Part shown: positions 11,431 through 26,249 of the stretch, one piece after another | Layout: every line of letters begins with the position of its first letter | Numbering within the stretch: the first letter of the stretch is position 1 | From: Eledone cirrhosa | Taxonomy: Eukaryota | Length of the DNA: 64,000 nt | NCBI GenBank assembly: GCA_964016885.1 | Contig: OZ024750.1 | Coordinates: 41,044,001-41,108,000 of the forward strand | Direction: 5' to 3' | Made by a program: the position numbers and the translations under genes | Notes under the pieces: generated by a model | Told to the model about the DNA's origin: nothing | What the model saw: the letters and a program-made list of their open reading frames with translations, nothing else | Database searches by the model: none

Positions 11431-14400
11431 CAAATTGCTAAGACTGACAGAAGTGGTAATACCTAACCTCAACTTGCTAAGACTGGCAGAGGTGGTAAGA
11501 CCTAACCTTAAGTTGCTAAGACTGGCAGAAGTGGTAAGACCTAACCTCAAATTGCTAAGACTGGCAGAAGTGGTAAAACCAAACCTCAAATTGCTAAGAC
11601 TGGCAGAAGTGGTAAGACCTAACCTCAAATTGCTATGACTGACAGAAGTGGTAAGACCTAACCTCAAATTGCTAAGACTGGCAGAGGTGGTAAGACCTAA
11701 CCTCAAATTGCTAAGACTGACAGAGGTGGTAAGACCTAACCTCAAATTGCTAAGACTGGCAGAGGTGGTAAGACCTAATCTCAAATTGCTAAGACTGGCA
11801 GAGTTGGTAAGACCTAACCTCAAATTGCTAAGACCGGCAAAGGTAGTAAGACCTAACCTCAAATTGCTAAGACCGGCAAAGGTGGTAAGACCTAACCTCA
11901 AATTGCTAAGACTGGCAGAAGTGATAAGAGTTAACCTCAAATTGCTAAGACTGGCAGCTGTGGTAAGACCTAACCTCAAATTGCTAAGACTGGCAGAGGA
12001 GGTAAGACCTAACCTCAAATTGCTAAGACTGGCAGAAGTGGTAAGACCTAACCTCAAATTGCTAAGACTGGCAGAAGTGGTAAGACCGAACCTCAAATTG
12101 CTAAGACTGGCAGAGGTGGTAAGACCTAACCTCAAATTGCTAAGACTGGCAGAAGTGGTAAGACCGAACCTCAAATTGCTAAGACTGACAGAAGTGGTAA
12201 GATCTAACCTCAAATTGCTAAGACTGGCAGAGGTGGTAAGACCTAACCTCAAATTGCTAAGACTGGCAGAGTTGGTAAGACCTAACCTCAAATTGCTAAG
12301 ACCGGCAAAGGTGGTAAGACCTAACCTCAAATTGCTAAGACCGGCAAAGGTGGTAAGACCTAACCTCAAATTACTAAGACTGGCAGAAGTGATAAGAGCT
12401 AACCACAAATTGCTAAGACTGGCAGATGTGGTAAAACCTAACCTCAAATTGCTAAGACTGGCAGAGGAGGTAAGACCTAACCTCAAATTGCTAAGACTGG
12501 CAGAAGTGGTAAGACCTAACCTCAAATTGCTAAGACTGGCAGAAGTGGTAAGACCTAACCTCAAATTGCTAAGACTGGCAGAAGTGATAAGAGCTAACCT
12601 CAAATTGCTAAGACTGGCAGAGGTGGTAAGACCAAACCTCAAATTGCTAAGACTGGCAGAAGTGGTAAGACCTAACCTCAAATTATTAAGACTGGCAGAA
12701 GTGGAAAGACCTAACCTCAAATTGCTAAGACTGGCAGAAGTGGTAAGACCTAACCTCAAATTGCTAAGACTGACAGAAGTGGTAAGACCTAACCTCAAAT
12801 TGCTAAGACTGGCAGAGGTGGTAAGACCTAACCTCAAATTGGTAAGACTGGCAGAAGTGGTAAGACCTAACCTCAAATTGCTAAGACTGGCAGAGGTGGT
12901 AAGACCTAACATCAAATTGCTAAGACTGACAGAAGTGGTAAGACCTAACCTCAAATTGCTAAGACTGGCAGAGGTGGTAAGACCTAACCTCAAATTGCTA
13001 AGACTGGCAGAGGTGGTAAGACCTAACCTCAAATTGCTAAGACCGTCAAAGGTGGTAAGACCTAACCTCAAATTGCTAAGACTGGCAGAAGTGATAAGAG
13101 CTAACCTCAAATTGCTAAGACTGGCAGATGTGGTAAGACCTAACCTCAAATTGCTAAGACTGGCAGAGGAGGTAAGACCTAACCTCAAATTGCTAAGACT
13201 GGCAGAAGTGGTAAGACCTAACCTCAAATTGCTAAGACTGGCAGAAGTGGTAAGACCTAACCTCAAATTGCTAAGACTGGCAGAAGTGGTAAGACCTAAC
13301 CTCAAGTTGCTAAGACTGACAGAAGAGATAAGACCTAACCTCAAATTGCTAAGACTGGCAGAGGTGGTAAGACCTAACCTCAAATTGCTAAGACTGGCAG
13401 AGGTGGTAAGACCTAACCTCAACTTGCTAAGACTGGCAGAGGTGGTAAGACCTAACCTAAAATTGCTAAGACTGGCAGAAGTGGTAAGACCTAACCTCAA
13501 ATTGCTAAGACTGGCAGAGGTGGTAAGACCGAACCTCAAATTGCTAAGACCGGCAAAGGTGGTAAGACCTAACCTCAAATTGCTAAGACTGGCAGAAGTG
13601 ATAAGACCTAACCTCAAATTGCTAAGACTGACAGAAGTGGTAAGACCTAACCTCAAATTGCTAAGACTGGCAGAGGTGGTAAGACCTAACCTCAAATTGC
13701 TAAGACTGGCAGAGGTGGTAAGACCTAACCTCAAATTGCTAAGACTGGCAGAGGTGGTAAGACATAACCTAAAATTGCTAAGACTGGCAGAAGTGATAAG
13801 AGCTAACCTCAAATTGCTAAGACTGGCAGAGGTGGTAAGACCTAACCTCAAATTGCCAAGACTGGCAGAGGTGGTAAGACCTAACCTCCAATTGTTAAGA
13901 CTGGCAGAAGTGATAAGACCAAACCTCAAATTGCTAAGACTGGCAGAAGTGGTAAGACCTAACCTCAAATTGTTAAGACTGGCAGAGGTGGTAAGACCTA
14001 ACCTCAAATTGCTAAGACTGACAGAAGTGGTAAGACCTAACCTCAAATTGCTAAGACTGGCAGAGGTGGTAAGACCTAACCTCAAATTGCTCAGACTGAC
14101 AGAAGTGGTAAGATCTAACCTCAAATTGCTAAGACTGGCAGAGGTGATAACAGCTAACCTCAAATTGCTAAGACTGGCAGATGTGGTAAGACCTAACCTC
14201 AATTTGCTAAGACTGGCAGAGGAGGTAAGACCTAACCTCAAATTTCTAAGACTGGCAGAAGTGGTAAGACCTAACCTCAAATTGCTAAGACTGGCAGAAG
14301 TGGTAAGACCTAACCTCAAATTGCTAAGACTGGCAGAGGTGGTAAGACCTAACCTCAAATTGCTAAGACTGGCAGAGGTGGTAAGACCTAACCTCAAATT

Positions 14401-17400
14401 GCTAAGACTGGCAGAAGTGATAAGACCAAACCTCAAATTGCTAAGACTGGCAGATGTGGTAAGACCTAACCTCAAATTGTTAAGACTGGCAGAGGTGGTA
14501 AGACCTAACCTCAAATTGCTAAGATTGACAGAAGTGGTAAGACCTAACCTCAAATTGCTAAGACTGGCAGAGGTGGTAAGACCTAACTTCAAATTGCTAA
14601 GACTGGCAGAAGTGGTAAGACCTAACCTCAAATTGCTAAGTCTGACAGAAGTGGTAAGATCTAACCTCAAATTGCTAAGACTGGCAGAGGTGGTAAGACC
14701 TAACCTCAAATTGCTAAGACTGGCAGAGTTGGTAAGACCTAACCTAAAATTGCTAAGACCGGCAAAGGTGGTAAGACCTAACCTCAAATTGCTAAGACTG
14801 GCAGAAGTGGTAAGACCTAACCTCAAATTGTTAAGACTGGCAGAGGTGGTAAGACCAAACCTCAAATTGCTAAGACTGGCAGAAGTGATAAGACCAAACC
14901 TCAAATTGCTAAGACTGGCAGAAGTGGTAAGACCTAACCTCAAATTGCTAAGACTGGTAGAGGGGGTAAGACCTAACCTCAAATTGCTAAGACTGGCAGA
15001 AGTGGTAAGACCTAACCTCAAATTGCTAAGACTCAGAGGTGGTAAGACCTCACCTCAAATTGCTAAGACTGACAGAAGTGGTAAGACCTAACCTCAACTT
15101 GCTAAGACTGGCAGAGGTGGTAAGACCTAACCTTAAATTGCTAAGACTGGCAGAAGTGGTAAGACCTAACCTCAAATTGCTAAGACTGGCAGAAGTGGTA
15201 AAACCTATCCTCAAATTATTAAGACTGGCAGAAGTGGTAAAACCTAACCTCAAATTGCTAAGACTGACAGAAGTGGTAAGACCCAACCTCAAATTGCTAA
15301 GACTGGCAGAGGTGGTAAGACCTAACCTCAAATTGCTAAGACTGGCAGAGGTGGTAAGACCTAATCTCAAATTGCTAAGACTGGCAGAGTTGGTACGACC
15401 TAACCTCAAATTGCTAAGACCGGCAAAGGTGGTAAGACCTAACCTCAAATTGCTAAGACCGGCAAAGGTGGTAAGACCTAACCTCAAATTGCTAAGACTG
15501 GCAGAAGTGATAAGAGCTAACCTCAAATTGCTAAGACTGGCAGCTGTGGTAAGACCTAACCTCAAATTGCTAAGACTGGCAGAGGATGTAAGACCTAACC
15601 TCAAATTGCTAAGACTGGCAGAAGTGGTAAGACCTAACCTCAAATTGCTAAGACTGGCAGAAGTGGTAAGACCTAACCTCAAATTGCTAAGACTGGCAGA
15701 GGTGGTAAGACCTAACCTCAAATTGCTAAGACTGGCAGAGGTGGTAAGACCTAACCTCAAATTGCTAAGACTGGCAGAGGTGGTAAGACCTAACCTCAAA
15801 TTGTTAAGACTGGCAGAAGTGATAAGACCAAACCTCAAATTGCTAAGACTGGCAGAAGTGGTAAGACCTAACCTCAAATTGTTAAGACTGGCAGAGGTGG
15901 TAAGACCTAACCTCAAATTGCTAAGACTGACAGAAGTGGTAAGACCTAACCTCAAATTGCTAAGACTGGTAGAGGTGGTAAGACCTAACCTCAAATTGCT
16001 AAGACTGGCAGAAGTGGTAAGACCTAACCTCAAATTGCTAAGACTGGCAGAAGTGGTAAGACCTAACCTCAAATTGCTAAGACTGGCAGAGGTGGTAAGA
16101 CCTAACCTCAAATTGCTAAGACTGGCAGAAGTGGTAAGACCTAACCTCAAATTGCTAAGACTGGCTGAAGTGGTAAGACCTAACCTCAACTTGCTAAGAC
16201 TGGCAGAGGTGGTAAGACCTAACCTTAAATTGCTAAGACTGGCAGAAGTGGTAAGACCTAACCTCAACTTGCTAAGACTGGCAGAAGTGGTAAAACCTAT
16301 CCTCAAATTGCTAAGACTGGCAGAAGTGGTAAGACCTAACCTCAAATTGCTAAGACTGACAGAAGTGGTAAGACCTAACCTCAAATTGCTAAGACTGGCA
16401 GAGGTGGTAAGACCTAACCTCAAATTGCTAAGACTGGCAGAGGTGGTAAGACCTAATCTCAAATTGCTAAGACTGGCAGAGTTGGTAAGACCTAACCTCA
16501 AATTGCTAAGACCGGCAAAGGTGGTAAGACCTAACCTCAAATTGCTAAGACCGGTAAAGGTGGTAAGACCTAACCTCAAATTGCTAAGACTGGCAGAAGT
16601 GATAAGAGCTAACCTCAAATTGCTAAGACTGGCAGCTGTGGTAAGACCTAACCACAAATTGCTAAGACTGGCAGAGGATGTAAGACCTAACCTCAAATTG
16701 TTAAGACTGGCAGAAGTGATAAGACCAAACCTCAAATTGCTAAGACTGGCAGAGGTGGTAAGACCAAACCTCAAATTGCTAAGACTGGCAGAAGTGGTAA
16801 GACCTAACCTCAAATTATTAAGACTGGCAGAAGTGGTAAGACCTAACCTCAAATTGCTAAGACTGGCAGAAGTGGTAAGACCTAACCTCAAATTGCTAAG
16901 ACTGACAGAAGTGGTAAGACCTAACCTCAAATTGCTAAAACTGGCAGAAGTGATAAGAGCTAACCTCAAATTGCTAAGACTGGCAGCTGTGGTAAGACCT
17001 AACCTCAAATTGCTAAGACTGGCAGAGGATGTAAGACCTAACCTCAAATTGCTAAGACTGGCAGAAGTGGTAAGACCTAACCTCAAATTCATAAGACTGG
17101 CAGAAGTGGTAAGACCTAACCTCAAATTGCTAAGACTGGCAGAGGTGGTAAGACCTAACCTCAAATTGCTAAGACTGGCAGAGGTGGTAAGACCTAACCT
17201 CAAATTGCTAAGACTGGCAGAGGTGGTAAGACCTAACCTCAAATTGTTAAGACTGGCAGAAGTGATAAGACCAAACCTCAAATTGCTAAGACTGGCAGAA
17301 GTGGTAAGACCTAACCTCAAATTGTTAAGACTGGCAGAGGTGGTAAGACCTAACCTCAAATTGCTAAGACTGACAGAAGTGGTAAGACCTAACCTCAAAT

Positions 17401-20400
17401 TGCTAAGACTGGCAGAGGTGGTAAGACCTAACCTCAAATTGCTAAGACTGGCAGAAGTGGTAAGACCTAACCTCAAATTGCTAAGACTGGCAGAAGTGGT
17501 AAGACCTAATCTCAAATTGCTAAGACTGGCAGAGGTGGTAAGACCTAACCTCAAATTGCTAAGACTGGCAGAAGTGGTAAGACCTAACCTCAAATTGCTA
17601 AGACTGGCAGAGGTGGTAAGACATAACCTAAAATTGCTAAGACTGGCAGAAGTGATAAGAGCTAACCTCAAATTGCTAAGACTGGCAGAGGTGGTAAGAC
17701 CTAACCTCAAATTGCCAAGACTGGCAGAGGTGGTAAGACCTAACCTCCAATTGTTAAGACTGGCAGAAGTGATAAGACCAAACCTCAAATTGCTAAGACT
17801 GGCAGAAGTGGTAAGACCTAACCTCAAATTGTTAAGACTGGCAGAGGTGGTAAGACCTAACCTCAAATTGCTAAGACTGACAGAAGTGGTAAGACCTAAC
17901 CTCAAATTGCTAAGACTGGCAGAGGTGGTAAGATCTAACCTCAAATTGCTAAGACTGGCAGAAGTGGTAAGATCTAACCTCAAATTGCTAAGACTGGCAG
18001 AGGTGATAAGAGCTAACCTCAAATTGCTAAGACTGGCAGATGTGGTAAGACCTAACCTCAATTTGCTAAGACTGGCAGAGGAGGTAAGACCTAACCTCAA
18101 ATTTCTAAGACTGGCAGAAGTGGTAAGACCTAACCTCAAATTGCTAAGACTGGCAGAAGTGGTAAGACCTAACCTCAAATTGCTAAGACTGGCAGAGGTG
18201 GTAAGACCTAACCTCAAATTGCTAAGACTGGCAGAGGTGGTAAGACCTAACCTCAAATTGCTAAGACTGGCAGAAGTGATAAGACCAAACCTCAAATTGC
18301 TAAGACTGGCAGAAGTGGTAAGACCTAACCTCAAATTGCTAAGACTGGCAGAGTTGGTAAGACCTAACCTAAAATTGCTAAGACCGGCAAAGGTGGTAAG
18401 ACCTAACCTCAAATTGCTAAGACTGGCAGAAGTGGTAAGACCTAACCTCAAATCGTTAAGACTGGCAGAGGTGGTAAGACCAAACCTCAAATTGCTAAGA
18501 CTGGCAGAAGTGATAAGACCAAACCTCAAATTGCTAAGACTGGCAGAAGTGGTAAGACCTAACCTCAAATTGCTAAGACTGGTAGAGGGGGTAAGACCTA
18601 ACCTCAAATTGCTAAGACTGGCAGAAGTGGTAAGACCTAACCTCAAATTGCTAAGACTCAGAGGTGGTAAGACCTCACCTCAAATTGCTAAGACTGACAG
18701 AAGTGGTAAGACCTAACCTCAACTTGCTAAGACTGGCAGAGGTGGTAAGACCTAACCTTAAATTGCTAAGACTGGCAGAAGTGGTAAGACCTAACCTCAA
18801 ATTGCTAAGACTGGCAGAAGTGGTAAAACCTATCCTCAAATTGCTAAGACTGGCAGAAGTGGTAAGACCTAACCTCAAATTGCTAAGACTGACAGAAGTG
18901 GTAAGACCCAACCTCAAATTGCTAAGACTGGCAGAGGTGGTAAGACCTAACCTCAAATTGCTAAGACTGGCAGAGGTGGTAAGACCTAATCTCAAATTGC
19001 TAAGACTGGCAGAGTTGGTAAGACCTAACCTCAAATTGCTAAGACCGGCAAAGGTGGTAAGACCTAACCTCAAATTGCTAAGACCGGCAAAGGTGGTAAG
19101 ACCTAACCTCAAATTGCTAAGACTGGCAGAAGTGATAAGAGCTAACCTCAAATTGCTAAGACTGGCAGCTGTGGTAAGACCTAACCTCAAATTGCTAAGA
19201 CTGGCAGAGGATGTAAGACCTAACCTCAAATTGCTAAGACTGGCAGAAGTGGTAAGACCTAACCTCAAATTGCTAAGACTGGCAGAAGTGGTAAGACCTA
19301 ACCTCGAATTGCTAAGACTGGCAGAGGTGGTAAGACCTAACCTCAAATTGCTAAGACTGGCAGAGGTGGTAAGACCTAACCTCAAATTGCTAAGACTGGC
19401 AGAGGTGGTAAGACCTAACCTCAAATTGTTAAGACTGGCAGAAGTGATAAGACCAAACCTCAAATTGCTAAGACTGGCAGAAGTGGTAAGACCTAACCTC
19501 AAATTGTTAAGACTGGCAGAGGTGGTAAGACCTAGCCTCAAATTGCTAAGACTGACAGAAGTGGTAAGACCTAACCTCAAATTGCTAAGACTGGTAGAGG
19601 TGGTAAGACCTAACCTCAAATTGCTAAGACTGGCAGAAGTGGTAAGACCTAACCTCAAATTGCTAAGACTGGCAGAAGTGGTAAGACCTAACCTCAAATT
19701 GCTAAGACTGGCAGAGGTGGTAAGACCTAACCTCAAATTGCTAAGACTGGCAGAAGTGGTAAGACCTAACCTCAAATTGCTAAGACTGGCTGAAGTGGTA
19801 AGACCTAACCTCAACTTGCTAAGACTGGCAGAGGTGGTAAGACCTAACCTTAAATTGCTAAGACTGGCAGAAGTGGTAAGACCTAACCTCAACTTGCTAA
19901 GACTGGCAGAAGTGGTAAAACCTATCCTCAAATTGCTAAGACTGGCAGAAGTGGTAAGACCTAACCTCAAATTGCTAAGACTGACAGAAGTGGTAAGACC
20001 TAACCTCAAATTGCTAAGACTGGCAGAGGTGGTAAGACCTAACCTCAAATTGCTAAGACTGGCAGAGGTGGTAAGACCTAATCTCAAATTGCTAAGACTG
20101 GCAGAGTTGGTAAGACCTAACCTCAAATTGCTAAGACCGGCAAAGGTGGTAAGACCTAACCTCAAATTGCTAAGACCGGTAAAGGTGGTAAGACCTAACC
20201 TCAAATTGCTAAGACTGGCAGAAGTGATAAGAGCTAACCTCAAATTGCTAAGACTGGCAGCTGTGGTAAGACCTAACCACAAATTGCTAAGACTGGCAGA
20301 GGATGTAAGACCTAACCTCAAATTGTTAAGACTGGCAGAAGTGATAAGACCAAACCTCAAATTGCTAAGACTGGCAGAGGTGGTAAGACCAAACCTCAAA

Positions 20401-23400
20401 TTGCTAAGACTGGCAGAAGTGGTAAGACCTAACCTCAAATTATTAAGACTGGCAGAAGTGGTAAGACCTAACCTCAAATTGCTAAGACTGGCAGAAGTGG
20501 TAAGACCTAACCTCAAATTGCTAAGACTGACAGAAGTGGTAAGACCTAACCCCAAATTGCTAAAACTGGCAGAAGTGATAAGAGCTAACCTCAAATTGCT
20601 AAGACTGGCAGCTGTGGTAAGACCTAACCTCAAATTGCTAAGACTGGCAGAGGATGTAAGACCTAACCTCAAATTGCTAAGACTGGCAGAAGTGGTAAGA
20701 CCTAACCTCAAATTCATAAGACTGGCAGAAGTGGTAAGACCTAACCTCAAATTGCTAAGACTGGCAGAGGTGGTAAGACCTAACCTCAAATTGCTAAGAC
20801 TGGCAGAGGTGGTAAGACCTAACCTCAAATTGCTAAGACTGGCAGAGGTGGTAAGACCTAACCTCAAATTGTTAAGACTGGCAGAAGTGATAAGACCAAA
20901 CCTCAAATTGCTAAGACTGGCAGAAGTGGTAAGACCTAACCTCAAATTGCTAAGACTGGTAGAGGGGGTAAGACCTAACCTCAAATTGCTAAGACTGGCA
21001 GAAGTGGTAAGACCTAACCTCAAATTGCTAAGACTCAGAGGTGGTAAGACCTCACCTCAAATTGCTAAGACTGACAGAAGTGGTAAGACCTAACCTCAAC
21101 TTGCTAAGACTGGCAGAGGTGGTAAGACCTAACCTTAAATTGCTAAGACTGGCAGAAGTGGTAAGACCTAACCTCAAATTGCTAAGACTGGCAGAAGTGG
21201 TAAAACCTATCCTCAAATTGCTAAGACTGGCAGAAGTGGTAAGACCTAACCTCAAATTGCTAAGACTGACAGAAGTGGTAAGACCCAACCTCAAATTGCT
21301 AAGACTGGCAGAGGTGGTAAGACCTAACCTCAAATTGCTAAGACTGGCAGAGGTGGTAAGACCTAATCTCAAATTGCTAAGACTGGCAGAGTTGGTAAGA
21401 CCTAACCTCAAATTGCTAAGACCGGCAAAGGTGGTAAGACCTAACCTCAAATTGCTAAGACCGGCAAAGGTGGTAAGACCTAACCTCAAATTGCTAAGAC
21501 TGGCAGAAGTGATAAGAGCTAACCTCAAATTGCTAAGACTGGCAGCTGTGGTAAGACCTAACCTCAAATTGCTAAGACTGGCAGAGGATGTAAGACCTAA
21601 CCTCAAATTGCTAAGACTGGCAGAAGTGGTAAGACCTAACCTCAAATTGCTAAGACTGGCAGAAGTGGTAAGACCTAACCTCGAATTGCTAAGACTGGCA
21701 GAGGTGGTAAGACCTAACCTCAAATTGCTAAGACTGGCAGAGGTGGTAAGACCTAACCTCAAATTGCTAAGACTGGCAGAGGTGGTAAGACCTAACCTCA
21801 AATTGTTAAGACTGGCAGAAGTGATAAGACCAAACCTCAAATTGCTAAGACTGGCAGAAGTGGTAAGACCTAACCTCAAATTGTTAAGACTGGCAGAGGT
21901 GGTAAGACCTAGCCTCAAATTGCTAAGACTGACAGAAGTGGTAAGACCTAACCTCAAATTGCTAAGACTGGTAGAGGTGGTAAGACCTAACCTCAAATTG
22001 CTAAGACTGGCAGAAGTGGTAAGACCTAACCTCAAATTGCTAAGACTGGCAGAAGTGGTAAGACCTAACCTCAAATTGCTAAGACTGGCAGAGGTGGTAA
22101 GACCTAACCTCAAATTGCTAAGACTGGCAGAAGTGGTAAGACCTAACCTCAAATTGCTAAGACTGGCTGAAGTGGTAAGACCTAACCTCAACTTGCTAAG
22201 ACTGGCAGAGGTGGTAAGACCTAACCTTAAATTGCTAAGACTGGCAGAAGTGGTAAGACCTAACCTCAACTTGCTAAGACTGGCAGAAGTGGTAAAACCT
22301 ATCCTCAAATTGCTAAGACTGGCAGAAGTGGTAAGACCTAACCTCAAATTGCTAAGACTGACAGAAGTGGTAAGACCTAACCTCAAATTGCTAAGACTGG
22401 CAGAGGTGGTAAGACCTAACCTCAAATTGCTAAGACTGGCAGAGGTGGTAAGACCTAATCTCAAATTGCTAAGACTGGCAGAGTTGGTAAGACCTAACCT
22501 CAAATTGCTAAGACCGGCAAAGGTGGTAAGACCTAACCTCAAATTGCTAAGACCGGTAAAGGTGGTAAGACCTAACCTCAAATTGCTAAGACTGGCAGAA
22601 GTGATAAGAGCTAACCTCAAATTGCTAAGACTGGCAGCTGTGGTAAGACCTAACCACAAATTGCTAAGACTGGCAGAGGATGTAAGACCTAACCTCAAAT
22701 TGCTAAGACTGGCAGAGGTGGTAAGACCAAACCTCAAATTGCTAAGACTGGCAGAAGTGGTAAGACCTAACCTCAAATTATTAAGACTGGCAGAAGTGGT
22801 AAGACCTAACCTCAAATTGCTAAGACTGGCAGAAGTGGTAAGACCTAACCTCAAATTGCTAAGACTGACAGAAGTGGTAAGACCTAACCCCAAATTGCTA
22901 AAACTGGCAGAAGTGATAAGAGCTAACCTCAAATTGCTAAGACTGGCAGCTGTGGTAAGACCTAACCTCAAATTGCTAAGACTGGCAGAGGATGTAAGAC
23001 CTAACCTCAAATTGCTAAGACTGGCAGAAGTGGTAAGACCTAACCTCAAATTCATAAGACTGGCAGAAGTGGTAAGACCTAACCTCAAATTGCTAAGACT
23101 GGCAGAGGTGGTAAGACCTAACCTCAAATTGCTAAGACTGGCAGAGGTGGTAAGACCTAACCTCAAATTGCTAAGACTGGCAGAGGTGGTAAGACCTAAC
23201 CTCAAATTGTTAAGACTGGCAGAAGTGATAAGACCAAACCTCAAATTGCTAAGACTGGCAGAAGTGGTAAGACCTAACCTCAAATTGTTAAGACTGGCAG
23301 AGGTGGTAAGACCTAACCTCAAATTGCTAAGACTGACAGAAGTGGTAAGACCTAACCTCAAATTGCTAAGACTGGCAGAGGTGGTAAGACCTAACCTCAA

Positions 23401-26249
23401 ATTGCTAAGACTGGCAGAAGTGGTAAGACCTAACCTCAAATTGCTAAGACTGGCAGAAGTGGTAAGACCTAATCTCAAATTGCTAAGACTGGCAGAGGTG
23501 GTAAGACCTAACCTCAAATTGCTAAGACTGGCAGAAGTGGTAAGACCTAACCTCAAATTGCTAAGACTGGCTGAAGTGGTAAGACCTAACCTCAACTTGC
23601 TAAGACTGGCAGAGGTGGTAAGACCTAACCTTAAATTGCTAAGACTGGCAGAAGTGGTAAGACCTAACCTCAACTTGCTAAGACTGGCAGAAGTGGTAAA
23701 ACCTATCCTCAAATTGCTAAGACTGGCAGAAGTGGTAAGACCTAACCTCAAATTGCTAAGACTGACAGAAGTGGTAAGACCTAACCTCAAATTGCTAAGA
23801 CTGGCAGAGGTGGTAAGACCTAACCTCAAATTGCTAAGACTGGCAGAGGTGGTAAGACCTAATCTCAAATTGCTAAGACTGGCAGAGTTGGTAAGACCTA
23901 ACCTCAAATTGCTAAGACCGGCAAAGGTGGTAAGACCTAACCTCAAATTGCTAAGACCGGCAAAGGTGGTAAGACCTAACCTCAAATTGCTAAGACTGGC
24001 AGAAGTGATAAGACCTAACCTCAAATTGCTAAGACCGTCAAAGGTGGTAAGACCTAACCTCAAATTGCTAAGACTGGCAGAAGTGATAAGAGCTAACCTC
24101 AAATTGCTAAGACTGGCAGATGTGGTAAGATCTAACCTCAAATTGCTAAGACTGGCAGAGGAGGTAAGACCTAACCTCAAATTGCTAAGACTGGCAGAAG
24201 TGATAAGACCAAACCTCAAATTGCTAAGACTGGCAGAAGTGGTAAGACCTAACCTCAAATTGTTAAGACTGGCAGAGGTGGTAAGACCTAACCTCAAATT
24301 GCTAAGATTGACAGAAGTGGTAAGACCTAACCTCAAATTGCTAAGACTGGCAGAGGTGGTAAGACCTAACTTCAAATTGCTAAGACTGGCAGAAGTGGTA
24401 AGACCTAACCTCAAATTGCTAAGTCTGACAGAAGTGGTAAGATCTAACCTCAAATTGCTAAGACTGGCAGAGGTGGTAAGACCTAACCTCAAATTGCTAA
24501 GACTGGCAGAGTTGGTAAGACCTAACCTAAAATTGCTAAGACCGGCAAAGGTGGTAAGACCTAACCTCAAATTGCTAAGACTGGCAGAAGTGGTAAGACC
24601 TAACCTCAAATTGTTAAGACTGGCAGAGGTGGTAAGACCAAACCTCAAATTGCTAAGACTGGCAGAAGTGATAAGACCAAACCTCAAATTGCTAAGACTG
24701 GCAGAAGTGGTAAGACCTAACCTCAAATTGCTAAGACTGGTAGAGGGGGTAAGACCTAACCTCAAATTGCTAAGACTGGCAGAAGTGGTAAGACCTAACC
24801 TCAAATTGCTAAGACTCAGAGGTGGTAAGACCTCACCTCAAATTGCTAAGATTGACAGAAGTGGTAAGACCTAACCTCAACTTGCTAAGACTGGCAGAGG
24901 TGGTAAGACCTAACCTTAAATTGCTAAGACTGGCAGAAGTGGTAAGACCTAACCTCAAATTGCTAAGACTGGCAGAAGTGGTAAAACCTATCCTCAAATT
25001 GCTAAGACTGGCAGAAGTGGTAAGACCTAACCTCAAATTGCTAAGACTGACAGAAGTGGTAAGACCCAACCTCAAATTGCTAAGACTGGCAGAGGTGGTA
25101 AGACCTAACCTCAAATTGCTAAGACCGGCAAAGGTGGTAAGACCTAACCTCAAATTGCTAAGACTGGCAGAAGTGATAAGAGCTAACCTCAAATTGCTAA
25201 GACTGGCAGCTGTGGTAAGACCTAACCTCAAATTGCTAAGACTGGCAGAGGATGTAAGACCTAACCTCAAATTGCTAAGACTGGCAGAAGTGGTAAGACC
25301 TAACCTCAAATTGCTAAGACTGGCAGAAGTGGTAAGACCTAACTTCAAATTGCTAAGACTGGCAGAGGTGGTAAGACCTAACCTCAAATTGCTAAGACTG
25401 GCAGAGGTGGTAAGACCTAACCTCAAATTGCTAAGACTGGCAGAGGTGGTAAGACCTAACCTCAAATTGTTAAGACTGGCAGAAGTGATAAGACCAAACC
25501 TCAAATTGCTAAGACTGGCAGAAGTGGTAAGACCTAACCTCAAATTGTTAAGACTGGCAGAGGTGGTAAGACCTAACCTCAAATTGCTAAGACTGACAGA
25601 AGTGGTAAGACCTAACCTCAAATTGCTAAGACTGGCAGAGGTGGTAAGACCTAACCTCAAATTGCTAAGACTGGCAGAAGTGGTAAGACCTAACCTCAAA
25701 TTGCTAAGACTGGCAGAAGTGGTAAGACCTAACCTCAAATTGCTAAGACTGGCAGAGGTGGTAAGACCTAACCTCAAATTGCTAAGACTGGCAGAAGTGG
25801 TAAGACCTAACCTCAAATTGCTAAGACTGGCTGAAGTGGTAAGACCTAACCTCAACTTGCTAAGACTGGCAGAGGTGGTAAGACCTAACCTTAAATTGCT
25901 AAGACTGGCAGAAGTGGTAAGACCTAACCTCAACTTGCTAAGACTGGCAGAAGTGGTAAAACCTATCCTCAAATTGCTAAGACTGGCAGAAGTGGTAAGA
26001 CCTAACCTCAAATTGCTAAGACTGACAGAAGTGGTAAGACCTAACCTCAAATTGCTAAGACTGGCAGAGGTGGTAAGACATAACCTCAAATTGCTAAGAC
26101 TGGCAGAGGTGGTAAGACCTAATCTCAAATTGCTAAGACTGGCAGAGTTGGTAAGACCTAACCTCAAATTGCTAAGACCGGCAAAGGTGGTAAGACCTAA
26201 CCTCAAATTGCTAAGACCGGCAAAGGTGGTAAGACCTAACCTCAAATTG

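Noticed and set aside
15031-15091. Third plus frame PQIAKTGR(S/G)GKT resembling a P-loop or a histone-tail GKGGK motif; possible programmed frameshift or TAA-reassigned code
   Set aside because: The spacing does not fit Walker A [AG]xxxxGK[ST]. The frame has a TAA in nearly every monomer. Nothing in the window supports an alternative genetic code, and the similarity is short and low-complexity.
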